64,000 nt of DNA, from positions 756,321 through 820,320 of the forward strand of contig OZ243930.1 in assembly GCA_965213975.1 (NCBI GenBank), given 5' to 3'. The position numbers and the translations under genes are program-made. The notes under the pieces were generated by a model, which saw only the letters and a list, made by a program, of their open reading frames with translations, ran no database searches and had not been told where the DNA came from. Below are positions 56,783 to 64,000 of this stretch, piece by piece. The DNA is from Candidatus Spongiisociaceae bacterium (lineage in GTDB: Bacteria > Actinomycetota > Acidimicrobiia > Spongiisociales > Spongiisociaceae). Position 1 is the first letter of the stretch. Each line of letters starts with the position of its first letter.

Positions 56783-56866
56783 CGACGACGAACTTCCGTG
56801 TGGGGAGGGCTGATCTACCGTTGCCCGTGAGACGAATCAGCGACAGGCCGGACGAGAGGAGAGATG

Positions 56867-57087
56867 TGGCACAGTTCGACATCGATGCCATGCTGGAGCG
56901 ATTCAGAGACCGTGCCAAGGCAGTCCGCCGACGCCCGATTCCTCCGGTCGCCGGTGAGGGCAGGAAAGCCTTCCTGGAGGCAGCCGAGATGGACTTCACC
57001 GACTACGCCCTCATCGGAGCGGCGTCTTGGTCGTTGGAGGACGGTGAGTTGATCTTGAGGATTCCGGTGAGTGGGTCGGGTTCATGA
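56867..57087 (+). CDS. Hypothetical small protein translationally coupled to the downstream DinB_2 gene
   Basis: GTG preceded by GAGAGGAGAGAT. Its stop overlaps the next ATG (ATGA). No known domain. The track ORF extends to 56719. Confidence 0.3.
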
Positions 57088-57821
57088 CCCTCCAGAGGTG
57101 GATCAGATGGTTGCGGAGCGACGGTACCGGCATGGCGGACGCCGCGGCCGGTCTCGATCTCGACGAGAGGGTCCCGACCTGTCCCGAATGGGATGTCCGC
57201 CAACTCCTGCGGCACACGGGATGGGTTCATCGTTGGGCGAGGAAGATAGTGGGGGAGGCGTTGTCGTCTCCGCCGGATAGGGCGGCGGTGGTTCCCGGGG
57301 GCTGGCCGCCTGATGATGAGCTGCTGGGCTGGTTTGGCGAGGGCCATCACCTCCTAGTGTCGGCATTGGAGGAGGCCTCGGACGATCTGGATTGTTGGAC
57401 GATGATGGAGATACCAGAGGCGCGCTCCTTTTGGGCGCGTCGCCAAGCGCACGAGACCGCCATCCACCGGGCGGACGCCGAATCGGTGGCTGGTGCTATT
57501 ACCCCATTCTCGGCGGATCAGGCCGTCGACGGAATCGATGAGCTGTTGGTCTTCTTCATCACCCGGCCTGGCATAGGACCTCGATCCGCCCGAACCCGCC
57601 ACCTCAGGGTGGTGGCAACCGACACGGAGGACCGATGGACGGTCAGATTCGGGCCGGACAGCTCCTGGGGTAGCGTCGGCGATAACGGAAGGGCGGATTG
57701 CACGGTTTCCGGAACATCTTCGGACCTCTACCCGTACCTTTGGCATCGAGCCCAGCCCCCGGACATCGAGATCAGCGGGGATCGCGAAGTGATGCGATTC
57801 TGGGCGGATGCGTCCTTCTGA
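57084..57821 (+). CDS. DinB_2 / mycothiol-dependent maleylpyruvate-isomerase-like N-terminal domain protein
   Basis: Overall sequence pattern of the TIGR03083/MDMPI_N family (WDVRQLLRHTGW...HETAIHRADAE). The His ligands typical of the family are present. Confidence 0.5.
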   Translation: MTLQRWIRWLRSDGTGMADAAAGLDLDERVPTCPEWDVRQLLRHTGWVHRWARKIVGEALSSPPDRAAVVPGGWPPDDELLGWFGEGHHLLVSALEEASDDLDCWTMMEIPEARSFWARRQAHETAIHRADAESVAGAITPFSADQAVDGIDELLVFFITRPGIGPRSARTRHLRVVATDTEDRWTVRFGPDSSWGSVGDNGRADCTVSGTSSDLYPYLWHRAQPPDIEISGDREVMRFWADASF

Positions 57822-57948
57822 CCAGCCAGATCAGGGCCGGGGTACCCAACCTATCCCCATCGCCTTCGGTGTCCTGCCCGACCATTACCGGATCGAGGGT
57901 GATCCGGAGGGTAGGTTTGCGGTGCGAGCACCATAGCCGGGGAGGAAA

Positions 57949-58743
57949 GTGCAGCAGTATCTGAGTCTTCTGGAGGAGGTCCGGCAAACCGGTACGGTCA
58001 AGGAAGACCGTACCGGTGTCGGTACCTACAGTCTGTTCGGCAGGCAGTTACGTTTCGCCTTGGAGGACGGATTTCCTTTGGTTACTACCAAGAAGATCCA
58101 CCTGCCCTCGGTGATCCATGAGCTGCTTTGGTTCTTACGCGGGGATTCCAACATCGACTACCTCAGATCGCACGGTGTATCGATTTGGGATGAGTGGGCC
58201 CACCCGGATACCGGTGATCTGGGACCGATCTACGGGGTTCAGTGGCGGAGTTGGACCGGCGCGGACGGGCAGACCGTCGATCAGTTGGCCGACGTCGTAG
58301 GGCAAATCCGCAGCAACCCTGACTCCCGTCGCCTAGTCGTATCAGCCTGGAACGTGACCGACCTCCCCGCGATGGCCCTACCGCCATGCCATGTGCTGTT
58401 TCAGTTCTATGTCAGCGGTGGCCGGCTCAGCCTTCAGCTCTACCAGCGAAGCGCGGACATCTTCTTGGGTGTTCCCTTCAACATCGCCTCCTATGCGCTG
58501 CTGGCGTTCATGGTGGCGCAGGTGACCGGTCTTCGTCCCGGAGATTTCATCCACACCTTCGGGGATGTGCATCTATATCGGAACCATGTCAACCAAGCCG
58601 ACCGGCAGCTACAACGGACTCCTCGGCCTTTGCCGCGGCTGCGGCTAGCGCGGCACCGAGACCTGTTCTCGTATCGGTATGAGGACATAGCGGTTGTTGG
58701 GTATGACCCTCATCCTCCGATCAAGGCACCGGTGGCGGTGTGA
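57949..58743 (+). CDS. thyA: Thymidylate synthase
   Basis: Active-site PCH ([13 protein letters not shown]). Motifs RTGVGT, WNV and [19 protein letters not shown] start with a GGGGAGGAAA RBS. Confidence 0.95.
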   Translation: MQQYLSLLEEVRQTGTVKEDRTGVGTYSLFGRQLRFALEDGFPLVTTKKIHLPSVIHELLWFLRGDSNIDYLRSHGVSIWDEWAHPDTGDLGPIYGVQWRSWTGADGQTVDQLADVVGQIRSNPDSRRLVVSAWNVTDLPAMALPPCHVLFQFYVSGGRLSLQLYQRSADIFLGVPFNIASYALLAFMVAQVTGLRPGDFIHTFGDVHLYRNHVNQADRQLQRTPRPLPRLRLARHRDLFSYRYEDIAVVGYDPHPPIKAPVAV

Positions 58744-58801
58744 CTCGAGACTACGGCAAGCTCCGCGCGTGCCCGCCTGTCATCTGCAGGGACCCCGGTC
58801 G

Positions 58802-59119
58802 GTGATCGGGTTTCTCAAGGCACTCCGGGGTCTCCTGATCTTGTTGGCCTTGCTGCTAGCGGTTGTCCCTATGGCGATGCTGATCAGCCTGCTGACCGGC
58901 GGCTCCGGGTACGGCCTTTGCCCTTACGGGGTGAGCGACTGCGAATCCACTTTTCTCACCGGACCCACCGTCGCCGCTCGGATCTTCGCGGGCCTGGTGA
59001 TCTTGGCGGCGGGTATCAGGGTCGCGTCGCGTACGATCGACCGGATCGAGCGGCGTCGGCGGAGGTCGGAGTCCTCGACTAGGGACCGGCTGGTCGGCTG
59101 GACTGAGAGACTCCGGTAA
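58802..59119 (+). CDS. Hypothetical small membrane protein
   Basis: Two predicted TM helices (LLILLALLLAVVPMAMLISLL, IFAGLVILAAGI). GTG start. No homology recognised. Confidence 0.3.
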   Translation: MIGFLKALRGLLILLALLLAVVPMAMLISLLTGGSGYGLCPYGVSDCESTFLTGPTVAARIFAGLVILAAGIRVASRTIDRIERRRRRSESSTRDRLVGWTERLR

Positions 59120-59143
59120 GGAGGCCGGTGCCGTCCGGTTGCT

Positions 59144-59629
59144 CTACTGATCCTCGGGGTTCCCGAGATCCTCCATGATCTGGTCGATGGTGTGGCTGAT
59201 CACGTACAGCCCGCGGGCGGTAACCGATACCCCCGACCCTTCCGCGTTCAATGACCCGCTGATCAGCAACCTACGGCCCCGGCGCTCCTCCACGCGACCT
59301 CGCAGGCCCAATCGATCTTCGGTCGACACCGGTTGTTTGTAGCGAAGCTCCAACCGCGCCGTCACGGACAGCACCTGATGGGTGATGATGCCTGCCCACA
59401 CCAGGATCTCGTCAAGCGCGGTGGCGGCAATTCCTCCGTGCAGGTTTCCTACCGTGCCCGCCAGGTCCGAGCGTCCCACGAAATCGGCCAACACCTCGTC
59501 GCCGTCCATCCTGAAGTTGTCGATCTGTAACCCAATAGGATTGGCTCGCCCGCACGCAAAGCAATGGTCTCCAGTGTGTTGCCGCAGAGCGTCGATGATC
59601 GGTGAGATCGACTCGACCGGTTCAACCAA
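59144..59629 (-). CDS. PaaI/4HBT-family hot-dog thioesterase
   Basis: HGG motif (VGNLHGGIAATALDE) of PaaI-type thioesterases. Confidence 0.75.
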   Translation of the reverse strand: MVEPVESISPIIDALRQHTGDHCFACGRANPIGLQIDNFRMDGDEVLADFVGRSDLAGTVGNLHGGIAATALDEILVWAGIITHQVLSVTARLELRYKQPVSTEDRLGLRGRVEERRGRRLLISGSLNAEGSGVSVTARGLYVISHTIDQIMEDLGNPEDQ

Positions 59630-60188
59630 AGCGGATCACGCCGCCTTCGACCGATTTCACGTTCACCACCGACCAAACCGGCCAACCCCGTTCCTCGATT
59701 CGGCGGCGCGCGCCCACCCACGCCTTCTCTATGGCGAAGATGGTCCCCAGCATCTCGCATCCGAGTTCTTCTACGATTTCTCCCAGCGCCAGGGCCGTTC
59801 TGCCCCTCGCCAAGAAGTCGTCAACCACGATCACCCGGGTTCGGGGCTCCAGAACCCGACGGCGGATCTCAATGGTGTACTCGAATCCCTTGGTTGCCGA
59901 GTTCACTTCCCGGCTGACAGCTTCTCGGTCACCGGGGAGTACGTATTTCTTGGCGTAGACCATCGGCACGCTCAGAACGGTGGCGGTGGCGAGGGCGGGG
60001 GCGATCCCCCCGGCTTCGGCGGTCACGATCACCTCGGGCTCCAGCGGAGCGGCGATGGTGGCTATGCGACGGCCGAACTCCTGCATGATTCGGGTGTCGA
60101 TGCGGTGGTTGAGGAAGGTATCGACACCTATGATTTCGCCGTTGACCCTTGATTGCTGCTCAACGTGGCGAACAAGATCCATTGGCAT
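59622..60188 (-). CDS. xpt: Xanthine phosphoribosyltransferase
   Basis: MDLVRHVEQQ...GVDTFLNHRID N-terminus. PRPP-binding VIVVDDFLARGRTA. Confidence 0.85.
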   Translation of the reverse strand: MPMDLVRHVEQQSRVNGEIIGVDTFLNHRIDTRIMQEFGRRIATIAAPLEPEVIVTAEAGGIAPALATATVLSVPMVYAKKYVLPGDREAVSREVNSATKGFEYTIEIRRRVLEPRTRVIVVDDFLARGRTALALGEIVEELGCEMLGTIFAIEKAWVGARRRIEERGWPVWSVVNVKSVEGGVIRFG

Positions 60189-60197
60189 ATCAGTCTA

Positions 60198-60211
60198 GTT
60201 GCCAGTTGGGA
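60198..60211 (-). repeat. Reverse-orientation copy of the motif (CCCAACTGGCAACT on the minus strand)
   Basis: Lies 10-25 nt upstream of the xpt start. A further half-site, TGGCAACT, sits on the minus strand at 60289-60296. Confidence 0.5.
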
Positions 60212-60324
60212 CTGGGGCTGTTGCGAAGTTCATGAGCCCCCTCTACTCGTGGATTCCTGGCGAGGTCGGTGGTCAGTGGACGGCAGCTAGTTGCCAAAGC
60301 AGCCCTGACCACCCGGAGTGCCAC

Positions 60325-61014
60325 TCAATCTGGGTTGGGCGTCTTCGGAAGGTAGGGACACATGTCGGCCAGGTCGCATTCCCAACACCGGGGGTGTCGG
60401 GCATTGCAGACATCTCTTCCGAACTGGATAATCCTCATCGACAGCTGACGCCATTCGTGTTTTGGAACCAGCGCCTTGAGATCCTGTTCAATGCGGGTCG
60501 GGTCCTTCTCTCTGGTGAGGCCGAGCCGGTTGGTGATCCGCCGGACATGGGTGTCCACAGCGATTGCTGGTTGTCCGAAGGCCTCAGCGAGGACCACCGA
60601 TGCCGTCTTTCTTCCCACCCCCTTCAATGTGACCAGCTCGTCGATGTTGGTGGGGACTTCTCCGGCGTAGCGCTCCACGAGGTCCTGGGAGAGGGCAATC
60701 ACCGAGCGGGTCTTCTGCCGGTAGAAGCCGGTAGAGAACAGGACCTCTTCTACCTCTTCAGGATGAGCGACGGCAAGATCGGCCGCGGTCGGCCACCGAT
60801 TGAACAGCTTTGGAGTAACCCGGTTCACGTTGGCGTCGGTGGTCTGGGCCGAAATGACGGTGGAAACCAGCAACTCGAACGGGTCCCTATAGCTAAGGGC
60901 GGTCCTTATAGTCGGGTAACGATTGGCGAGGCGGTTGACTACCCGGCGAGCGAGTCCACGCTCAGCAGGCGCAGGAATAGATCCGTCTGCCCGCTTCTCT
61001 CCTCTGGCCATGGC
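60325..61014 (-). CDS. nth: Endonuclease III (DNA glycosylase/AP lyase)
   Basis: HhH-GPD motif LVTLKGVGRKTASVVL. 4Fe-4S cluster loop CNARHPRCWECDLADMC. Start trimmed to ATG 61014. The track ORF extends to 61173. Confidence 0.88.
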   Translation of the reverse strand, partial: AMARGEKRADGSIPAPAERGLARRVVNRLANRYPTIRTALSYRDPFELLVSTVISAQTTDANVNRVTPKLFNRWPTAADLAVAHPEEVEEVLFSTGFYRQKTRSVIALSQDLVERYAGEVPTNIDELVTLKGVGRKTASVVLAEAFGQPAIAVDTHVRRITNRLGLTREKDPTRIEQDLKALVPKHEWRQLSMRIIQFGRDVCNARHPRCWECDLADMCPYLPKTPNPD

Positions 61015-61108
61015 GTGAGGATAGGCGATGGGGCTGGTTCGGTGGCATCGGCACGACAGCCGCGAGGTCCCGGGCCCAGCGGAAGCAAGTCTTCGCTCCT
61101 GCGTGCGG

Positions 61109-62365
61109 TTATCTAGATGTTCGCCTCGAACGGTTTTCTTTGCGAGGGTTCGTAGGGTGCGACATCCCCACACCGAGGGTCTCGGGGATCAGGAACTGAA
61201 GCGCCATTGCTATGACCACGCCGATTCCCAACAATGACACCGTAACTGAGAGGCCCAGTTCATCGACTAGCCGTCCGGCGAGCGCTAGTCCGGCGATGGC
61301 ACCTAGGACAGAGGTGGCGTGGAGCCATTGGGTGGCGGTGGCCCTGGTTCCGGTGGGGAATAGTTCGGTCCGTTGGGCGGAGGTAACTGACAGAGCCGCC
61401 GAGCTCCCGAAGGCCGAGACAGCCGCGGCCGCCGCCAACCACTCCGGGCTGGTTAACCAGTAGAACCCCAGCCCCCCGGCCAATCCGATTAGCAGGGAGA
61501 GCCAAATGGTGATCCTTCGACCGACAGTGTCCCCTAACCGACCCCCGAGGAAGAACCCGGTACCGCCGATAGTCCCACCAATCAGCATCAATCGCACCGC
61601 CTCGGATGATGTCATGCCCAGACCATGCACCAGACGGTCAAGCGAGAACGTAACCGCTACTGCGGAGAAGGCGGCGAGGAAGATGCTGTAGGAGGCTGCT
61701 GGCCAGAAGTAGCGCGCCTCCGGACCGAATAGCGGATCAAGGATCCCACCCTCGGCACCGTGCCGAAAGATCTGACTTTCCTCAACCTTAACCCTCAACC
61801 ATAGATATAAACCGAGTCCCGGGGCGGCGGCGGCGAACAGCAGTCTCCATCCCTCGTCCATTGCCTGTGCCACAGGCAAGGCAAGCAACGCGGCCCCAGC
61901 ACCTATCGCGACGGCGCTTGAGTAGAGGCTGAGTGCCCAGGCCCGACCGGACCAACGAACCTGTTCTGCCACCAGAACGGCGGAGAGCATGGCTAGGGCA
62001 GCACCGCCCATACGGGCGAGGACCTGGAGGGCGGTATACGCGGTCGGAGAAAACGCCAACGACGTGACGGCGGTGGCCCCCATCAGCAACAGGTATGCGG
62101 TCAGGAACGGCCCTCGTCTGCCCCAGCGGTCCGCAAACACGCCGTAGATCACTGCGACTAGTGATCCGATTCGGGCGATGGCAAACAGGTAGCTCGCCTC
62201 CGACTGTGAGAGCTCGAATGCGGACCTCACAAACGGCAGGGTATTGGTCGCCTGCGTCTGGGCGTACCCCTGAAATAGGCCGACCAGATACATCAGACGG
62301 AGCAGCCGCCAATCTTCCGTTCGGTAACCGGCGGCCGGCCCGAACATGCGGATGAATGCTTTCAA
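61109..62365 (-). CDS. MFS transporter
   Basis: 12-TM pattern. MFS motif GVFADRWGRRGP between TM2 and TM3. Confidence 0.8.
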   Translation of the reverse strand: MKAFIRMFGPAAGYRTEDWRLLRLMYLVGLFQGYAQTQATNTLPFVRSAFELSQSEASYLFAIARIGSLVAVIYGVFADRWGRRGPFLTAYLLLMGATAVTSLAFSPTAYTALQVLARMGGAALAMLSAVLVAEQVRWSGRAWALSLYSSAVAIGAGAALLALPVAQAMDEGWRLLFAAAAPGLGLYLWLRVKVEESQIFRHGAEGGILDPLFGPEARYFWPAASYSIFLAAFSAVAVTFSLDRLVHGLGMTSSEAVRLMLIGGTIGGTGFFLGGRLGDTVGRRITIWLSLLIGLAGGLGFYWLTSPEWLAAAAAVSAFGSSAALSVTSAQRTELFPTGTRATATQWLHATSVLGAIAGLALAGRLVDELGLSVTVSLLGIGVVIAMALQFLIPETLGVGMSHPTNPRKENRSRRTSR

Positions 62366-62898
62366 CGGAGTGACTTCAGATACGCCACCGACGCAACCAG
62401 GCGATGCTCGGGAATCGTGTAGTACTTGCGCAGGGTGGCGTCGGAGTCCGCTGCCAGGCGGTACCCGTGTTTTTCCAGAAAGCGCCGGGCCTTGTAGTTG
62501 GCCGCATAGGTGCCGACCACCATCGTTGAGACGGAGACGGCGGATGCCAAGCCAGCCTCTATGTGTCCCATGATGGTGCCGGCCACACCGGTACGCTGAC
62601 GGTCAGGCAGAACGTAGCCATGTCGGATCAACACCGTGTCGCCGACCTGCTCGCTACCGGCCACCCCCACTAGGGCCGAATCGATGAAGCCTCCCCACCA
62701 GGTCATGCGGCTCGCTTCCCGATCCCAGGCCGCTTCGTCCATCTCCGGGCTCTCCATGGTCTCGGGGCCCAGAAACTCGGCATACCACAACGCAGAAGTG
62801 TTGATTACCTCAAGGGCGGCGGCGCGATCCGAGGGGCGTAGCCGTCGTACCTCTAGGTCGGTGAACCGAGATCTTGAGATGGGGGACGTATTCACCAA
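62362..62898 (-). CDS. GNAT family N-acetyltransferase
   Basis: GNAT motif A-like region (HGYVLPDRQRTGVAGTIM). Overlaps the MFS gene by 4 nt. Confidence 0.7.
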   Translation of the reverse strand: MVNTSPISRSRFTDLEVRRLRPSDRAAALEVINTSALWYAEFLGPETMESPEMDEAAWDREASRMTWWGGFIDSALVGVAGSEQVGDTVLIRHGYVLPDRQRTGVAGTIMGHIEAGLASAVSVSTMVVGTYAANYKARRFLEKHGYRLAADSDATLRKYYTIPEHRLVASVAYLKSLR

Positions 62899-63042
62899 CC
62901 TCTATCCTCTCTTGTCCGCATAGCGGATGGCATCGTGTTTGGGGCGGAGGCTAGCCGTGGCTCTTCGAAATCCGTTCTCCGGCCACCTACTATCGTGATC
63001 GACTAATCCAGAACCGATCCGCAATCCTTCGGAGGGTCCCCA

Positions 63043-64000
63043 ATGACCAAGATTGTCCACATTGTGGGCACCGGCACAATAGGTGAACCACTGATAGGTC
63101 TGATTGCCGACCATCAAGAAGCCTTCGGTATTGACGAGGTGACCTTCCATAAGCGGACGCCCCTCCTGCGTGAGCGGGGCAAGGTCAATGACCTGGTCAG
63201 GCGGGGTGCTCGCCTCACGGTCGACGACGAGCGCCGGGCGGGCTTTGAGGAGCTGGGCCATTCACCGAGACTCGAGACTAGAGAGGCGATTGAGCGGGCG
63301 ACCGTGGTAGTGGATTGCACCCCGGCGGGCAACGAGAACAAAGACAAGTTCTATCGCCATGCGTCCGATGTGAGCGGGTTTCTCGCCCAAGGGTCCGAGT
63401 TTGGGTTCGGAAAGATGTACGCCCGTGGCATAAACGACGAGGCTTTGGACCGTGATGAGGATCGGTTCTTGCACATTGTGTCATGCAACACCCACAACAT
63501 CGCGGTCCTCCTCAAGACGATCGGCTTTGACCAAGACGGGACCAACCACATAACCGAAGGGACCTTCCTGTGCATTCGTCGCGCTAACGACATCAGTCAA
63601 GCGGGTGGGTTCATACCTTCTCCTCAGGTCGGGACTCACTCGAAGGGCCGGTTCGGAACCCATCATGCTCGCGATGCCCATCATCTCTTCCAGACCATCG
63701 GGGAGAATATGAACCTATTTTCTTCCGCGATAAAAGTGAACAGCCAGTATATGCATGCACTTCACTTTGAGATTGTCCTTGATCAGGAGATAACCGTTGA
63801 CGAGGTGGTACAAAAGCTGGCAGATAATCCAAGAGTCGCCATCACCTACAAGAGGTCGGCCGGTGAGATCTTCTCCTTCGGCCGCGATCATGGCTACTAC
63901 GGTCGAATATTGAGCCAAACGGTCGTCCCCATCGAAACCCTGGCGCGGCGCGGGTCGAATCGCCTGGTCGGGTTCTGCTTCACCCCCCAAGACGGGAATC
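63043..64000 (+). CDS. Type II (archaeal-type) glyceraldehyde-3-phosphate dehydrogenase, 5-prime part. Continues past the window end.
   Basis: Open frame from ATG 63043 to the window end, preceded by a GGAGGG RBS. It is not in the ORF track because there is no stop in the window. Motifs IVGTGTIGEP (Rossmann), VVDCTPAG and active-site VSCNTHN are collinear with archaeal GAPDH (VIDCTPEG, VSCNTTG). Confidence 0.7.
   Translation, partial: MTKIVHIVGTGTIGEPLIGLIADHQEAFGIDEVTFHKRTPLLRERGKVNDLVRRGARLTVDDERRAGFEELGHSPRLETREAIERATVVVDCTPAGNENKDKFYRHASDVSGFLAQGSEFGFGKMYARGINDEALDRDEDRFLHIVSCNTHNIAVLLKTIGFDQDGTNHITEGTFLCIRRANDISQAGGFIPSPQVGTHSKGRFGTHHARDAHHLFQTIGENMNLFSSAIKVNSQYMHALHFEIVLDQEITVDEVVQKLADNPRVAITYKRSAGEIFSFGRDHGYYGRILSQTVVPIETLARRGSNRLVGFCFTPQDGN

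Noticed and set aside
1-64000. Mobile elements, integrases, toxin-antitoxin or defence islands, tRNA/rRNA genes
   Set aside because: No transposase or integrase-like ORFs, no terminal inverted repeats and no tRNA cloverleaf candidates were found in any intergenic gap large enough. The HNH endonuclease is of the conserved stand-alone actinobacterial type, not flanked by repeats.

Overview
High-GC (about 68% GC) chromosomal segment that looks actinobacterial: a dcw cluster with sepF and divIVA, ftsQ directly followed by ftsZ with no ftsA, and a mycothiol-type DinB_2 enzyme. Gene density is high and almost everything is housekeeping or metabolic. No rRNA, tRNA, CRISPR array, integrase or transposase was recognised.

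Gene order:
- Partial ilvD on the minus strand at the left edge.
- A metallophosphoesterase translationally coupled to a UvrD-family helicase that carries a C-terminal HRDC domain and an unusual Trp-rich N-terminal extension.
- SRPBCC protein, Hsp20, ROK sugar kinase and a DUF1232 protein.
- A type II fatty-acid synthesis operon, fabD-fabH-fabG-acpP-fabF.
- A run of three membrane-protein ORFs in three different reading frames, joined by TTGA and TAGnATG junctions.
- Nudix hydrolase, histidine phosphatase, DUF3040 protein, MerR-family regulator, a thioredoxin-like protein, an HNH endonuclease and a Zur-like Fur regulator.
- A complete division and cell-wall (dcw) cluster: mraZ-rsmH-ftsL-ftsI-murE-mraY-murD-ftsW-murG-murC-murB-ftsQ-ftsZ-pgeF-yggS-sepF-yggT-divIVA. 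murF is conspicuously absent between murE and mraY.
- A minus-strand operon resembling the E. coli ygfK-ssnA-xdhD locus: an XdhD-like 2Fe-2S/molybdopterin hydroxylase, an SsnA-like amidohydrolase, and a DHOD/DPD-like TIM-barrel protein with two 4Fe-4S clusters.
- A three-gene set: MTH1187/YkoF-like protein, a Fis-type HTH protein and a cytochrome c lipoprotein.
- An acetoacetyl-CoA-synthetase-like ligase and an AI-2E family transporter.
- A catabolic island in which hyuA and hyuB (N-methylhydantoinase/oxoprolinase family) are split by a hydantoin-type racemase and a Dpp-like ABC importer, followed by an amidohydrolase and an M24 creatinase/prolidase-like peptidase.
- DinB_2 (maleylpyruvate-isomerase-like) enzyme, thyA, a PaaI thioesterase, xpt, nth, an MFS transporter, a GNAT acetyltransferase and a partial archaeal-type (type II) GAPDH at the right edge.

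The most unusual DNA-level signal is a recurrent intergenic motif, GTCCCWACTGGCAACTRG, built from GGCAACT heptad direct repeats. It is present at four intergenic sites, including a 4-unit tandem array.
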